Of a stretch of 64,000 nucleotides of DNA, positions 29,953-39,753 are shown one piece after another. Source of the stretch: Terriglobia bacterium (GTDB taxonomy: Bacteria > Acidobacteriota > Terriglobia > JAJPHL01 > JAPKYU01); the NCBI GenBank assembly GCA_965206645.1, contig CBDBKE010000002.1:768001-832000 (forward strand), in the 5' to 3' direction. Every line of letters begins with the position of its first letter. Position 1 is the stretch's first letter. The notes beneath the pieces are model-generated. The model was not told the DNA's origin and ran no database searches. It saw only the letters and a program-made list of their open reading frames with translations. The translations under genes were made by a program, and so were the position numbers.

Positions 29953-31290
29953 ATGGAACAATCTCAAGGTGTCTGCGCCAGCCTGGAGGATCTGCTTCGC
30001 TCGATTGCCGAGGCTCGTTCTCTGACTGACAAGCTGTTCTCTATGGTCAGACCCGAGAGCCTGTACGAGCGAACGATCTCCGAGCGCCATCGCATCATCT
30101 TTTACCTCGGGCACCTGGAGGTCTTCGACTGGAACCTGCTGGGGATCCGCGCTCTGGGTCTCAATTCCTTTCACAAGGACTTTGACCAGCTCTTCGCCTT
30201 CGGAATCGATCCGGTGGACCGCGGCTTGCCAACCGATCTCCCCTCGGACTGGCCATCAGCGGAGCAGGTCCGCGCCTATAACCAGCAGGCCCGTCGAATG
30301 CTGGACGCTGCCTTGGAGAAGATCTCCGTCTCGGGGAGCGACCAGCCCTTGCTCCGGGACGGCCTGGGCCTTCACGTGGCCCGCGAACATCGCCTGATGC
30401 ACACCGAGACGTTGGCGTATATGTTCCATCAGTTGCCGGCTGAGCACAAAGTGCGGCAGCAAACTCCGCCGGCGCCAGCGGCGCGTCCGATGACGCCACG
30501 GATGGCGGAGATTCCCGCCGGCACGGCCACCCTGGGGCTGCCGCGCCGCGGCGGCGGCCTCTTTGGTTGGGATAACGAGTTCGAGGAGTACCGGGTCAGC
30601 GTCGCCGGATTTGCCATGGATGTCCACAAGGTGACCAACGGGCAGTACCTGGAGTTCATGGCCGCCGGTGGATACCAGGAGCGAACTCTATGGAGCGAGC
30701 CTGATTGGGAATGGAGGGAAAAGCAGGGCATTCACCATCCGACATTTTGGGCCCGCCGCGGCGAGCGGTGGTTCTACCGCGGCATGTTCGAGGAGATTCC
30801 CCTGCCGCTCGATTGGCCAGTGTATGTGAGCCATGCCGAAGCCAGCGCCTACGCCCGTTGGATAGGTAAGTCGCTACCGACCGAGGCACAGTGGCATCGG
30901 GCGGCAACGGGTGCCCCGGATGGGTCCGAGCGCGCCTATCCCTGGGGCGATCGGCTTCCGGAGACTCGCCATGGCAACTTCAATTCTGATCGCGGGGAGC
31001 CGGCCCCGGTAGGTGCCTATCCCTCGGGGACCAGCGCCTTTGGCGTCGCCGACTTGCTCGGCAACGGGTGGGAGTGGACCTCGACGCTGTTCAGCCCCTT
31101 TCCGGGCTTCCAACCCTTTCCCTTCTACCCGGGTTACTCGGCCAACTTCTTTGACGGCAAGCACTACGTCCTGAAAGGAGGATCGCCTCGGACGGCACCC
31201 TGTCTGTTGCGCCGATCCTTCCGAAACTGGTTCCAGCCCCACTACCAATACATGTATGCGGGCTTTCGCTGCGCCCGGGATGGCGCCTGA
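29953..31290 (+). CDS. egtB: Ergothioneine sulfoxide synthase (EgtB/Egt1-type; DinB_2 plus FGE-sulfatase domains)
   Basis: Metal-His motifs HRIIFYLGH and EHRLMHTETL; FGWDNE, GNGWEWT, RRSFRNWF. Adjacent to egtD. Confidence 0.85.
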   Translation: MEQSQGVCASLEDLLRSIAEARSLTDKLFSMVRPESLYERTISERHRIIFYLGHLEVFDWNLLGIRALGLNSFHKDFDQLFAFGIDPVDRGLPTDLPSDWPSAEQVRAYNQQARRMLDAALEKISVSGSDQPLLRDGLGLHVAREHRLMHTETLAYMFHQLPAEHKVRQQTPPAPAARPMTPRMAEIPAGTATLGLPRRGGGLFGWDNEFEEYRVSVAGFAMDVHKVTNGQYLEFMAAGGYQERTLWSEPDWEWREKQGIHHPTFWARRGERWFYRGMFEEIPLPLDWPVYVSHAEASAYARWIGKSLPTEAQWHRAATGAPDGSERAYPWGDRLPETRHGNFNSDRGEPAPVGAYPSGTSAFGVADLLGNGWEWTSTLFSPFPGFQPFPFYPGYSANFFDGKHYVLKGGSPRTAPCLLRRSFRNWFQPHYQYMYAGFRCARDGA

Positions 31291-31301
31291 GAGGTTGGGA
31301 A

Positions 31302-32270
31302 ATGTTGACCGAAGCGATCAGCTCCCATCCGGTACCCGATCTGGCGCAAGACGTGGTTGCGGGCCTGTCGGAACCGGGCCAGAAAGAGCTTCCCTCCAAG
31401 TACCTGTACGACGATGTGGGCAGCGCGCTGTTTGAGGTGATCTGCCTGCTGCCGGAATATGGCGTCACGCGCGCCGACGAGCGCGTGCTCCGCGCCCACG
31501 CCGAGGCGATCGTCGAGCGGCTCCCCTCACCAGTGGTGGCGGCGGAATTGGGCAGCGGCAGCGGCAAGAAAACGCGCTGGATCCTGGAAGCGCTCGCCCG
31601 AAGGAGCCACACCGCTTATTATCCCATCGAGATCTCCGCCGCGGCCCTGGCCATGTGCCAGCGCGAATTGGGCCAGGTTGAGTCCGTGAGCATTGTGGGC
31701 CTCGAACGGGAATATCTCGACGGCCTGCTGGAGGTGGCCGCGCGCCGCGCCGACGGACATCATCTGTTGGTGTTATTCCTGGGAAGCACGATCGGCAACT
31801 TCGATCGTGTGGCGGCGATCGAGTTCCTGCGGCAGGTTCGTCGGACCCTGTTGCCCGGGGATTCGTTGTTGATGGGAACGGATCTAGAAAAGCCCGTTCC
31901 CCAACTGGAGTTGGCCTATGCCGACCCACTCGGCGTCACAGCGGCCTTCAACCTGAACCTGCTCGTCCGCCTGAACCGGGAGCTGGACGCGGACTTTGAC
32001 CTGAACCGGTTTGAGCACGTGGTCCGCTACGACGCCCGGCAACGTCGGATTGAAATGCATCTCCGCTCGCGGGTGCGCCAGACCGTCACCATCCCCAAGG
32101 CTGCCTTCCAGGTCACGTTTCAAAGCGGTGAAACCATCTGGACCGAAAGCAGTCAAAAATTCGGTTCCCAGGAAGTGACCGAGATCGCCAAGCAAACCGG
32201 TTTTCGCTGCCTGGACCAATGGATTGACTACGAGTGGCCCTTTGCGGAAAACCTCCTGATCGCAGAGTAA
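31302..32270 (+). CDS. egtD: L-histidine N-alpha-methyltransferase
   Basis: LPSKYLYDDVGSALFEVIC.LPEY, ELGSGSGKKT, FLGSTIGNF, GVTAAFNLNLL, IWTESSQK. Confidence 0.93.
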   Translation: MLTEAISSHPVPDLAQDVVAGLSEPGQKELPSKYLYDDVGSALFEVICLLPEYGVTRADERVLRAHAEAIVERLPSPVVAAELGSGSGKKTRWILEALARRSHTAYYPIEISAAALAMCQRELGQVESVSIVGLEREYLDGLLEVAARRADGHHLLVLFLGSTIGNFDRVAAIEFLRQVRRTLLPGDSLLMGTDLEKPVPQLELAYADPLGVTAAFNLNLLVRLNRELDADFDLNRFEHVVRYDARQRRIEMHLRSRVRQTVTIPKAAFQVTFQSGETIWTESSQKFGSQEVTEIAKQTGFRCLDQWIDYEWPFAENLLIAE

Positions 32271-32309
32271 GGGCCCCCTTTCTGGCTTGATCAAACCCTC
32301 CCTCGATCC

Positions 32310-32840
32310 CTACGGCACGCGTTCAATGCTGACGGATTCCAAAACAATCGGGGTGCGAGGTCTGTCCTGGGCGTCACGGGGGGCCTCGGAAATCCGTTTG
32401 GCGATTTCTTGTCCTTCCACCACGCAGCCGAAAACAGTGTGGCGGCTGTCAAGCCAGGGAGTCGGCACCACGGTGATGAAGAACTGGCTTCCGTTCGTAT
32501 TCGGGCCAGAATTGGCCATGGAAAGGATTCCCGGACAGTCATGTCTCAGGTCGGGATGGAATTCATCTTCAAACTTATAGCCCGGTCCGCCCGTGCCGTC
32601 GCCCCGGGGGCAGCCACCCTGGATCATGAATTCGGGGAGGACGCGATGAAACCTCAGCTTGTTATAAAAAGGCCGCGTGACCTTGCCCCCGGTGGAGTCA
32701 TCCAGGAACTCCCGCCGCCCTTCGGCAAGCGCGATGAAGTTTTCCACCGTCTTGGGCGCATGCTCCTCGAAAAGTCGGCAGATGATACGGCCCGTCGAAG
32801 TCTCAAACGTCGCGTAAACACCGGGTTCGCGGTCAGCCAT
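32310..32840 (-). CDS. Cyclophilin-type peptidyl-prolyl cis-trans isomerase
   Basis: FHRVLPEFMIQGGCP, SMANSGPNTNGSQFFIT. Confidence 0.96.
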   Translation of the reverse strand: MADREPGVYATFETSTGRIICRLFEEHAPKTVENFIALAEGRREFLDDSTGGKVTRPFYNKLRFHRVLPEFMIQGGCPRGDGTGGPGYKFEDEFHPDLRHDCPGILSMANSGPNTNGSQFFITVVPTPWLDSRHTVFGCVVEGQEIAKRISEAPRDAQDRPRTPIVLESVSIERVP

Positions 32841-33066
32841 GGGTCCTCCGTGAGGGAAATGTGCTTAATGAGTCCGATTCCAAACTAGAGAGCAGTATGG
32901 CAGGCGCAATGCTACGCCCCACTCGCAGGCAAGTCAACTTGCAGCAGGGTTGGTAGAGCTGAAGAGCTTTCATCCGGAGTTCGGTGGGTGTAATATTTTG
33001 CGGGTTCAGAGACGGCATTCGAACGAGGACCAGTAGAACTGAATTGTTAGGCTCCAAGGGGGACTG

Positions 33067-34326
33067 ATGACTCTCTTCGACATCTCGGCGATCTTGTTGT
33101 TCTTATCGGCAGTATTTGGCTACATCAATCACCGTTATCTGCATCTTCCTCATTCCATTGGGCTCCTCGTCATCGCCATGGCCTCGTCTCTCACGATTGT
33201 TGTTGTCGATCTGATCGTTCCGACCATTCACGTGGGACCAACACTATCGGGTGCATTGGTTCAGATCGATTTCCACGAAGCCCTCATGCGTGGGATGTTG
33301 AGCTTTCTATTATTCGCCGGAGCCCTTCATGTCGATTTCTCCGAATTGGCTAGTCGCAAATGGGCCATCTCTCTGATGGCAACTGTCGGCGTGCTGATGT
33401 CAACGTTCATCATTGGCGCCTCCATGTGGCATGTCCTTCAATTCTTCGGCATTCCCATTCCGTTCATCTGGGCCTTGGTGTTCGGTGCGCTCATCAGCCC
33501 CACCGATCCGGTCGCTGTGCTGGGCATTCTCAAAACGATCAAAATACCAAAATCGCTGGAAGCGAAAATTGCCGGTGAATCGCTGTTCAATGATGGGGTC
33601 GGCGTCGTTGTGTTTACGATTTTGCTTGCCATTGCCGTCCGCGGTAAACACGGAACTGTTGGGCCCATGGACGTCGTTGAACTGTTCGTCATCGAGGCCC
33701 TTGGCGGAGCCGTGTTGGGCATTGTGGCCGGGCACCTCGCCTACCGTGCCCTGAGCGCGATCGATGAATACGTCCTGGAAGTCGTCATGAGCCTGGCCTT
33801 GGTGATGGCTACCTACGCCATCGCCCTTCGTGTTCACGTCAGTGGTCCCATTGCGGTCGTCGTCGCCGGTCTTTTCATTGGTAACCACGGCGCCAGCTTT
33901 GCGATGAGCGAGACAACCCGTGGCCGTCTTTTCGACTTCTGGGAACTGATTGACGAGATCCTCAACTCCGTGCTGTTTCTCCTGATTGGCTTGGAAGTCT
34001 TGCTGCTGCGTTTTGACGTTGACTATCTTGGAGCTGCCTTACTGGCCATCCCCATCGCATTAGGAGCTCGGCTGATCAGTGTCTCGATACCCATTCTGTT
34101 GCTCTCCATACGAGGTAAATTTACAAAAGGAGCCGTGCCGGTGTTGGTCTGGGGTGGCCTCCGGGGTGGCATATCAGTCGCACTGGCTTTTTCGCTGCCA
34201 GAGAACGATATGAAGGCGTTAATTCTCGCCATCACCTATAGCGTCGTCGTCTTTTCTATCGTCGTACAGGGCCTGACCGTCAAGGCTGTGGTCGCGAAAG
34301 TGGTTCAGCCGGTATCGGACACGTAA
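33067..34326 (+). CDS. CPA1 family Na+/H+ antiporter (NhaP-like)
   Basis: FGALISPTDPVAV, GESLFNDGVG, WGGLRGGISVALA. Visibly more AT-rich than its neighbours. Confidence 0.93.
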   Translation: MTLFDISAILLFLSAVFGYINHRYLHLPHSIGLLVIAMASSLTIVVVDLIVPTIHVGPTLSGALVQIDFHEALMRGMLSFLLFAGALHVDFSELASRKWAISLMATVGVLMSTFIIGASMWHVLQFFGIPIPFIWALVFGALISPTDPVAVLGILKTIKIPKSLEAKIAGESLFNDGVGVVVFTILLAIAVRGKHGTVGPMDVVELFVIEALGGAVLGIVAGHLAYRALSAIDEYVLEVVMSLALVMATYAIALRVHVSGPIAVVVAGLFIGNHGASFAMSETTRGRLFDFWELIDEILNSVLFLLIGLEVLLLRFDVDYLGAALLAIPIALGARLISVSIPILLLSIRGKFTKGAVPVLVWGGLRGGISVALAFSLPENDMKALILAITYSVVVFSIVVQGLTVKAVVAKVVQPVSDT

Positions 34327-34466
34327 CTGGAACACAAAACCAGTTCGATGCAAAAGGAAATTGGGACGATCGTATTCCGCGAAGTTCATGCAGCGCAGCG
34401 GGTCTCGGAAGGGGAGGTCGGACCGGGGACGTAAGCAGTTCTGGCCAGGGGTAAGGCGGGATGACG

Positions 34467-35279
34467 TCAAACCCTTTGCCTCGCTTCCTGTACCATCTCA
34501 ACCAGAACCGTTCTCGTTTCCTGTGGGTTTCTCACTTCCCGGGTGAACGGGATCCGGATGGCATGCACACGGTCTTCCGTTTCCAACCGCAAGTGAAAGC
34601 CTAGGCGATCGACCGATATCATCGTTGCTTCCTCCGCTTCTACCCCGGCAAGGCCTCGCGCCAGAACAACCAAGGCATCGGCGTGGTCAGCGTTCATGTG
34701 CTGGATGATTTCCGGGGCGGCGTCGGCCAGCGGATCAGCTTCCCCTCGGGCGTATTCATCAGCTCCCACCCAACCCATCACGCCGAAACCTCCCACGTAG
34801 TAGACATCGACCACCTCCATTCGGTAGAAGGCGAAGTCCTTGAAGTCCACCCAATACCTGGCGTTTTCGTACCGCGCCAGATAGAGGTCCCGCACCTGCT
34901 TCAGCTCTTCCTCCGGAACCGTTGCAGTCTTTCCCATAAGCGTGACCCGGCCGGCCCCCAGCGGATCCCCGCTCGCGTCGGGCTGGGTGACCAGCAGACT
35001 GGCGCGGGAGTCACCCAGAATATTCTGGGTGTGCATGGCCATGGTGCTTATGAGAAAGGAAGGATGCCCGAGTTGATCCAATCCGTAGGGCATCACCGAG
35101 CCGAACGGCCAGCCCGCCCGTTTCTGGGAGAGAGTCGACAGGCTGCCAATGCGACCGAGGTGCACCAGGGTGCGTGCGCGTTCAGCGTAGGAGGGCTCTG
35201 GAACCGGGGGTTCGTTGGTTGACGGTCCGCCGCCGGCGTGTTGTTGGCCAGCGTCCTGTCGGAAAGAGGGATTGGACAC
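34467..35279 (-). CDS. HugZ-like pyridoxamine 5'-phosphate oxidase-related protein with DUF2470 domain
   Basis: GWPFGSVMPY, AMHTQNILGDSRASLLV, IIQHMNADH. Confidence 0.88.
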   Translation of the reverse strand: MSNPSFRQDAGQQHAGGGPSTNEPPVPEPSYAERARTLVHLGRIGSLSTLSQKRAGWPFGSVMPYGLDQLGHPSFLISTMAMHTQNILGDSRASLLVTQPDASGDPLGAGRVTLMGKTATVPEEELKQVRDLYLARYENARYWVDFKDFAFYRMEVVDVYYVGGFGVMGWVGADEYARGEADPLADAAPEIIQHMNADHADALVVLARGLAGVEAEEATMISVDRLGFHLRLETEDRVHAIRIPFTREVRNPQETRTVLVEMVQEARQRV

Positions 35280-35350
35280 TCGGCATTCCTCCTGTTACCC
35301 CTGCCCTAGCTGTCTCGGTTGACTATTCTACCCCCCGCTCGATCCGCCTG

Positions 35351-36385
35351 TCAGGGGACCTGAGCGCCCTGAGTTTCGACATAGAGGGCGTAGAGAGATT
35401 GGCTGCCGGTCATGAACAGCCGGTTCCGTTTCACGCCTCCGAAGCACAGGTTTGAGCAGACCTCGGGAAGGTGGATTTTGCCAATCAGCTTGCCGTCCGG
35501 CGCGAAGACATGGACGCCGTCATAGCCCTCGCCAGCCCAGGCCGCGCTGGACCAGAGGTTCCCCTCAGTGTCACACCGGATGCCGTCAGCCAAACCCGGC
35601 GCCATATCACAAAACACTCGGCCGTTGGCGAGGCCCTTCCCATCCACAACATCATAGACCAGAACATGGCGCGGATGATCGGGCTTGTGCGTCGCTCCGG
35701 TTTCGGCGACGTAGAGCCTGGATTCATCGGGCGAGAAGCAGAGGCCGTTCGGTTTTTCGATTTCTTCAGCCACGACTTTCGCTTTACCGGTGTCCGGATC
35801 GATGTGATAGACGCATGTCGGCAATTCGAATTCCGCCTTGTACCCCTCGTAATGCAAAAGACTGCCGTAGCCGGGGTCGGTGAACCAGACTCCGCCGTTC
35901 GAATGAACCACGGCATCATTTGGCGCGTTCAACCGTTTCCCCTCAAAGCGCTCGAGCAGCACCGTGATGGCGCCATCATGCTCGGTGCGCGTGACGCGCC
36001 GAGCTCCATGCTCGCAGGTGATCAGCCGCCCTTGCTTATCGCGAGTGTTGCCGTTACTGAAGTTCGAGGGTTTGCGGAAAACGCTGACCTCGCCGGTCTC
36101 CTCGACCCAGCGCATAATCCGATTGTTGGGAATATCGCTCCAGAGCAGGAACCGCCCGTCGCCGAACCAGACAGGACCCTCCGCCCACCGCGTGCCGGTG
36201 TGCAAGCGCTCGACGGCGGCGTTGCCGAGTTTGTATTTCGCGAAGCGTGGGTCGATCACTTCCACGGCAGGGTCCGGATAGCGAACCGAAGCAGGATCGT
36301 CCCAATCTCGCGCTAGGACCGGGGACTGGACCGCCAAACTCGAAGCCGCGGCCCCAGCCACCTTCATGAATGTCCGTCTATGCAT
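35351..36385 (-). CDS. SMP-30/gluconolactonase family protein, Tat-exported
   Basis: Tat motif MHRRTFMK after AGGAGG RBS; EGPVW, LNAPND, PNGLCFSPDE, DGIRCD. Confidence 0.92.
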   Translation of the reverse strand: MHRRTFMKVAGAAASSLAVQSPVLARDWDDPASVRYPDPAVEVIDPRFAKYKLGNAAVERLHTGTRWAEGPVWFGDGRFLLWSDIPNNRIMRWVEETGEVSVFRKPSNFSNGNTRDKQGRLITCEHGARRVTRTEHDGAITVLLERFEGKRLNAPNDAVVHSNGGVWFTDPGYGSLLHYEGYKAEFELPTCVYHIDPDTGKAKVVAEEIEKPNGLCFSPDESRLYVAETGATHKPDHPRHVLVYDVVDGKGLANGRVFCDMAPGLADGIRCDTEGNLWSSAAWAGEGYDGVHVFAPDGKLIGKIHLPEVCSNLCFGGVKRNRLFMTGSQSLYALYVETQGAQVP

Positions 36386-36536
36386 CGCTGAATCCTCCTG
36401 TCGCTTCAAGATGTAGGTCTGTATCAAAACTTGAATGGAACGATCGCAGAATTTTCCTCCTCCGTCAGCAGCGCAGTCAAGGAAAAGCTTGAAATCCCGG
36501 TTTGCATACACCCTCACCTCCCGCAGCCCGGAAGTG

Positions 36537-36565
36537 TTGACACGCCTTCGGGTGCGGCTTAGGAT
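36537..36565 (+). promoter_or_regulatory. Sigma70-type promoter
   Basis: TTGACA-17 bp-TAGGAT upstream of the PQQ-like gene. Confidence 0.6.
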
Positions 36566-36598
36566 GGGATTCCACCTAATCAGAGATGGGAGTATTCC

Positions 36599-37945
36599 AT
36601 GAGACGGATAGCTGCGATCCCGCTACTGTGTCTGATTTCCGGATTGGCGATGGGCTGGTGGCCGGGTGCTTCCACGGAGCCGGAACGCTTCTGGCCGCAG
36701 TGGCGGGGGCCACACGCAACCGGCGTGGCGCCGTTCGGTGATCCGCCTGTCGAATGGAGCGAAGATCGAAACGTGAAGTGGAAGGTCGCGATTCCCGGCA
36801 AGGGTTCTTCCTCGCCCATCGTTTGGGGCGACCGTGTCTTTGTGACCACGGCCGTCTCAACGGGGAAAAAGGCCGAAGCGCCGAGTAAAGGCTCCCAGGC
36901 CGCCGGGGGACGTCGCTTCCATATGCGCGGCATTGAGCCGACCGAAGTGCAAAGGTTCGCAATCTTCGCCATTGACCGGAAGAGTGGCAAGGTTCTCTGG
37001 CAGCGGACCCTGCGCGAAGAGCTCCCCCACGAGGGCACGCATCCCACAGGAACCTGGGCCTCGAACTCTCCCGTCACCGACGGTGAACACGTTTACGCCT
37101 ATTTCGGCTCCCGCGGCCTTTATTGCCTGGACTGGGAGGGCAACCTGATCTGGGAAAAAGACCTGGGCGACATGATCATCAAGCTCGGCTTCGGCGAAGG
37201 CAGTTCCCCTTTCCTCTACGGCGACAAAATTGTTCTGAACTGGGATCATGAAGGACCGTCCTTCACCATTGCCCTGGACAAGAAGACGGGCAAGGAACTG
37301 TGGAGAGCCCGCCGGGAGGAAGAAACGTCGTGGGCCACCCCCGTTGTGGTGGAGCACGGAGGGAAGCCGCAAGTCGTCACCAGCGCCACGAACCGCGTGC
37401 GCAGCTATGACCTGGCGACGGGGAGGTTGATCTGGGAGACCACAGGCATGACGATGAACGCCATTCCCTCGCCCGTGGCCTCCGGCGGCATAATCTTTGT
37501 CACCAGCGGGTTCCGAGGGAATGCACTGCTTGCCATTCGCCTGGATGGCGCGGTCGAAGACATCAGTGATTCAAAGAGCATCGTCTGGAAGCTGGACCGG
37601 GATACACCCTACGCCCCCTCCCCGCTTCTCTACAAAGATACGCTCTATTTGCTGAAGCGGAATTCCGGGATTCTCTCCTGTTTCAACGCTCGGACGGGAC
37701 AGGAATACTATCGACAGAAGCGGCTGGAGGGGATCGGGGATGTTTATTCTTCGCCGGTCGGCGCAAGTGGGCGCGTGTACGTGACCGACCGGGAGGGTGC
37801 GACCGTCGTTCTCGAGCGCGGCCCCGAGTTCAAAGTGCTGGGGACGAACAAGCTCGATGATGGCTTCGACGCTTCCCCTGCTATCGTGGATAAGGAAATC
37901 TACCTCCGCGGCCGCCACCACCTCTATCGCATCTCAGAAAACTGA
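36599..37945 (+). CDS. Secreted PQQ-like (BamB-type) beta-propeller repeat protein
   Basis: Signal peptide; WPQWRGP; repeated ALDKKTGKELW-type blades. Confidence 0.9.
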   Translation: MRRIAAIPLLCLISGLAMGWWPGASTEPERFWPQWRGPHATGVAPFGDPPVEWSEDRNVKWKVAIPGKGSSSPIVWGDRVFVTTAVSTGKKAEAPSKGSQAAGGRRFHMRGIEPTEVQRFAIFAIDRKSGKVLWQRTLREELPHEGTHPTGTWASNSPVTDGEHVYAYFGSRGLYCLDWEGNLIWEKDLGDMIIKLGFGEGSSPFLYGDKIVLNWDHEGPSFTIALDKKTGKELWRARREEETSWATPVVVEHGGKPQVVTSATNRVRSYDLATGRLIWETTGMTMNAIPSPVASGGIIFVTSGFRGNALLAIRLDGAVEDISDSKSIVWKLDRDTPYAPSPLLYKDTLYLLKRNSGILSCFNARTGQEYYRQKRLEGIGDVYSSPVGASGRVYVTDREGATVVLERGPEFKVLGTNKLDDGFDASPAIVDKEIYLRGRHHLYRISEN

Positions 37946-38055
37946 ACGCGCGCGTCACGCGACTTGACTTGGGAGGCTCACGTTGATGGAAATGAGTTCC
38001 ATGTCAGCAGACGAAAGATCACTTTCTCCTCAGCGTTTTGTCAAGCAGCTGGCAT

Positions 38056-39702
38056 CTAATCCATTGGCGAGCTCCTGATGATGGGAACATGGATCAGGGT
38101 AGGTTGCTTCCGGGCGAGGCCCTCTCGCAGTGCCGGTTGAATTTGCTCTCGGTTTGAGATGCGCACACCGTGGCACCCGAAACCTTCCGCCACCAGGTCG
38201 AAACGGATGGGGCCGAGTTCACTGGCCATACCGCGGCCGAACGCACGCTGCTGTTCGCTGAGGGTGATCCCCCAAGCGGCGTCATCCGCCAGCAGGACAA
38301 CGAAGTTCAAACCCTGCCGCGCAGCTGTTTCCAATTCAGCAATCGTAAACGTGAGTGCTCCGTCACCCGAGAGCAGAATAACGGGCCGGTCCGGAAAAAG
38401 CAGACGTGCCGCCATAGCTGCCGGGAGCCCATAGCCGACCACGCCGCTTGCCCCGCACGTGAGCCAGTGGCCCGGATAACGATCGCATAGAATCTGGTGC
38501 GCCCATTGTCCGATGCTGCCGCCGTCCAGGAGTAGGACAGTGTCTTCCGTTAACACGGTTTGGAGTGCGCGAAGGATATCGAGAGCATGCAAACCCTCTT
38601 TGTCTCGTTCGCGGGCTCGTTCGCGGGCAGCGAGACACCTGGTTTGAAATTCTCGTCTACGCGACTGAGCTTCTTTCAGCCAGGCCGAGTGTGGAGGAAT
38701 TTGTCGTCGTCGGCATTCTTCGTGCAATTGCTCCAGTACAGTACGTGGGTCCCCCTGGATGGGCAGGTGAACTCCTACCCCCATGTGAAGCTCATTCGGA
38801 TCAACATCAATTCGAATGACCCGAACATTTTCCAGCACGGCTGGCGGCTGGAGGTAGCCGATCCGATAGTCAAATCTTACCCCTGCAAGAATGACCAGGT
38901 CGGCTTCGGGGAGAAGCAGTGGCTCCCCGGTTGGCGCACCGAGAACTCCCAGAAATTCCTTGAAGGGTTTGGGGATGGCTCCTCGATCCCAAATGGGAGT
39001 CACCACCGGGATGGCGTAGCTTTCCACAAATTCAGCCAGTGCTGCTTCCCCCTCCGCATAGAAAACACCGCTGCCCGCAATCAGGAGCGGGCGCTCCGCT
39101 TCGCCCAACCAATTCGTGGCTTCTGCAATTAGCCGCGGGTCGCCCGGGGCGTTCAGGCTCACTGCGCCTGAGCGTTTCGGTGAGCGAACCACCCGAGTGA
39201 GGTCAACGTCCGCGGTCTGGACATCGAGCGGCAGTGTGAGATGAACAGGACCGGGCCGACCTGATGTGGCAGCCGCGAAGGCTTCTTCGATCATCTGGGG
39301 GATACGCTCTGGTACTTCGACCGTCCGAGCCCATTTGCAAACCGGTGCCGCGAGTGCCACTTGGTCGAGATCCTGAAAGTGGCCCATGCCTCGGGTTCGA
39401 AGGGGGCCGCTTCCACTGATGACGAGCATGGGGGCTCCGTCCATATGAGCATTGACGACGCCCGTCATCGCGTTCGCATGCGCCACGCCGCTGGTCACAG
39501 CGCACACTCCCACTTGTCGGCTCAAACGCCCATACGCCTCGGCGATGTACGCGGCGGCTTGTTCATTGCGGGTGTCTACCAATCTGAGTCCGGCCTGTTC
39601 TAAAGCCGCATAAAACGGGCTAAGCACGTGGCCACATAGGGTGGCTACGAACCTAACCTCTCGCCTCCGCAGCTCATCCGCGAGCACTTGGGCGCCGTTC
39701 AT
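38056..39702 (-). CDS. Thiamine diphosphate-dependent enzyme (acetolactate synthase/acyloin lyase-like)
   Basis: DTRNEQAAAY, RPGPVHLTLP, SGDGA ThDP motif. AGGAGG RBS before ATG 39702. Confidence 0.9.
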   Translation of the reverse strand: MNGAQVLADELRRREVRFVATLCGHVLSPFYAALEQAGLRLVDTRNEQAAAYIAEAYGRLSRQVGVCAVTSGVAHANAMTGVVNAHMDGAPMLVISGSGPLRTRGMGHFQDLDQVALAAPVCKWARTVEVPERIPQMIEEAFAAATSGRPGPVHLTLPLDVQTADVDLTRVVRSPKRSGAVSLNAPGDPRLIAEATNWLGEAERPLLIAGSGVFYAEGEAALAEFVESYAIPVVTPIWDRGAIPKPFKEFLGVLGAPTGEPLLLPEADLVILAGVRFDYRIGYLQPPAVLENVRVIRIDVDPNELHMGVGVHLPIQGDPRTVLEQLHEECRRRQIPPHSAWLKEAQSRRREFQTRCLAARERARERDKEGLHALDILRALQTVLTEDTVLLLDGGSIGQWAHQILCDRYPGHWLTCGASGVVGYGLPAAMAARLLFPDRPVILLSGDGALTFTIAELETAARQGLNFVVLLADDAAWGITLSEQQRAFGRGMASELGPIRFDLVAEGFGCHGVRISNREQIQPALREGLARKQPTLIHVPIIRSSPMD

Positions 39703-39753
39703 ACGTGTCTCCTCCTGCGGCAAAAGAATTGCAAGGGCTTCGTGAGCCTTACT

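Noticed and set aside
29953-31290. SenA (selenoneine synthase) assignment
   Set aside because: No senB glycosyltransferase or senC/selD next to it; the partner is egtD.
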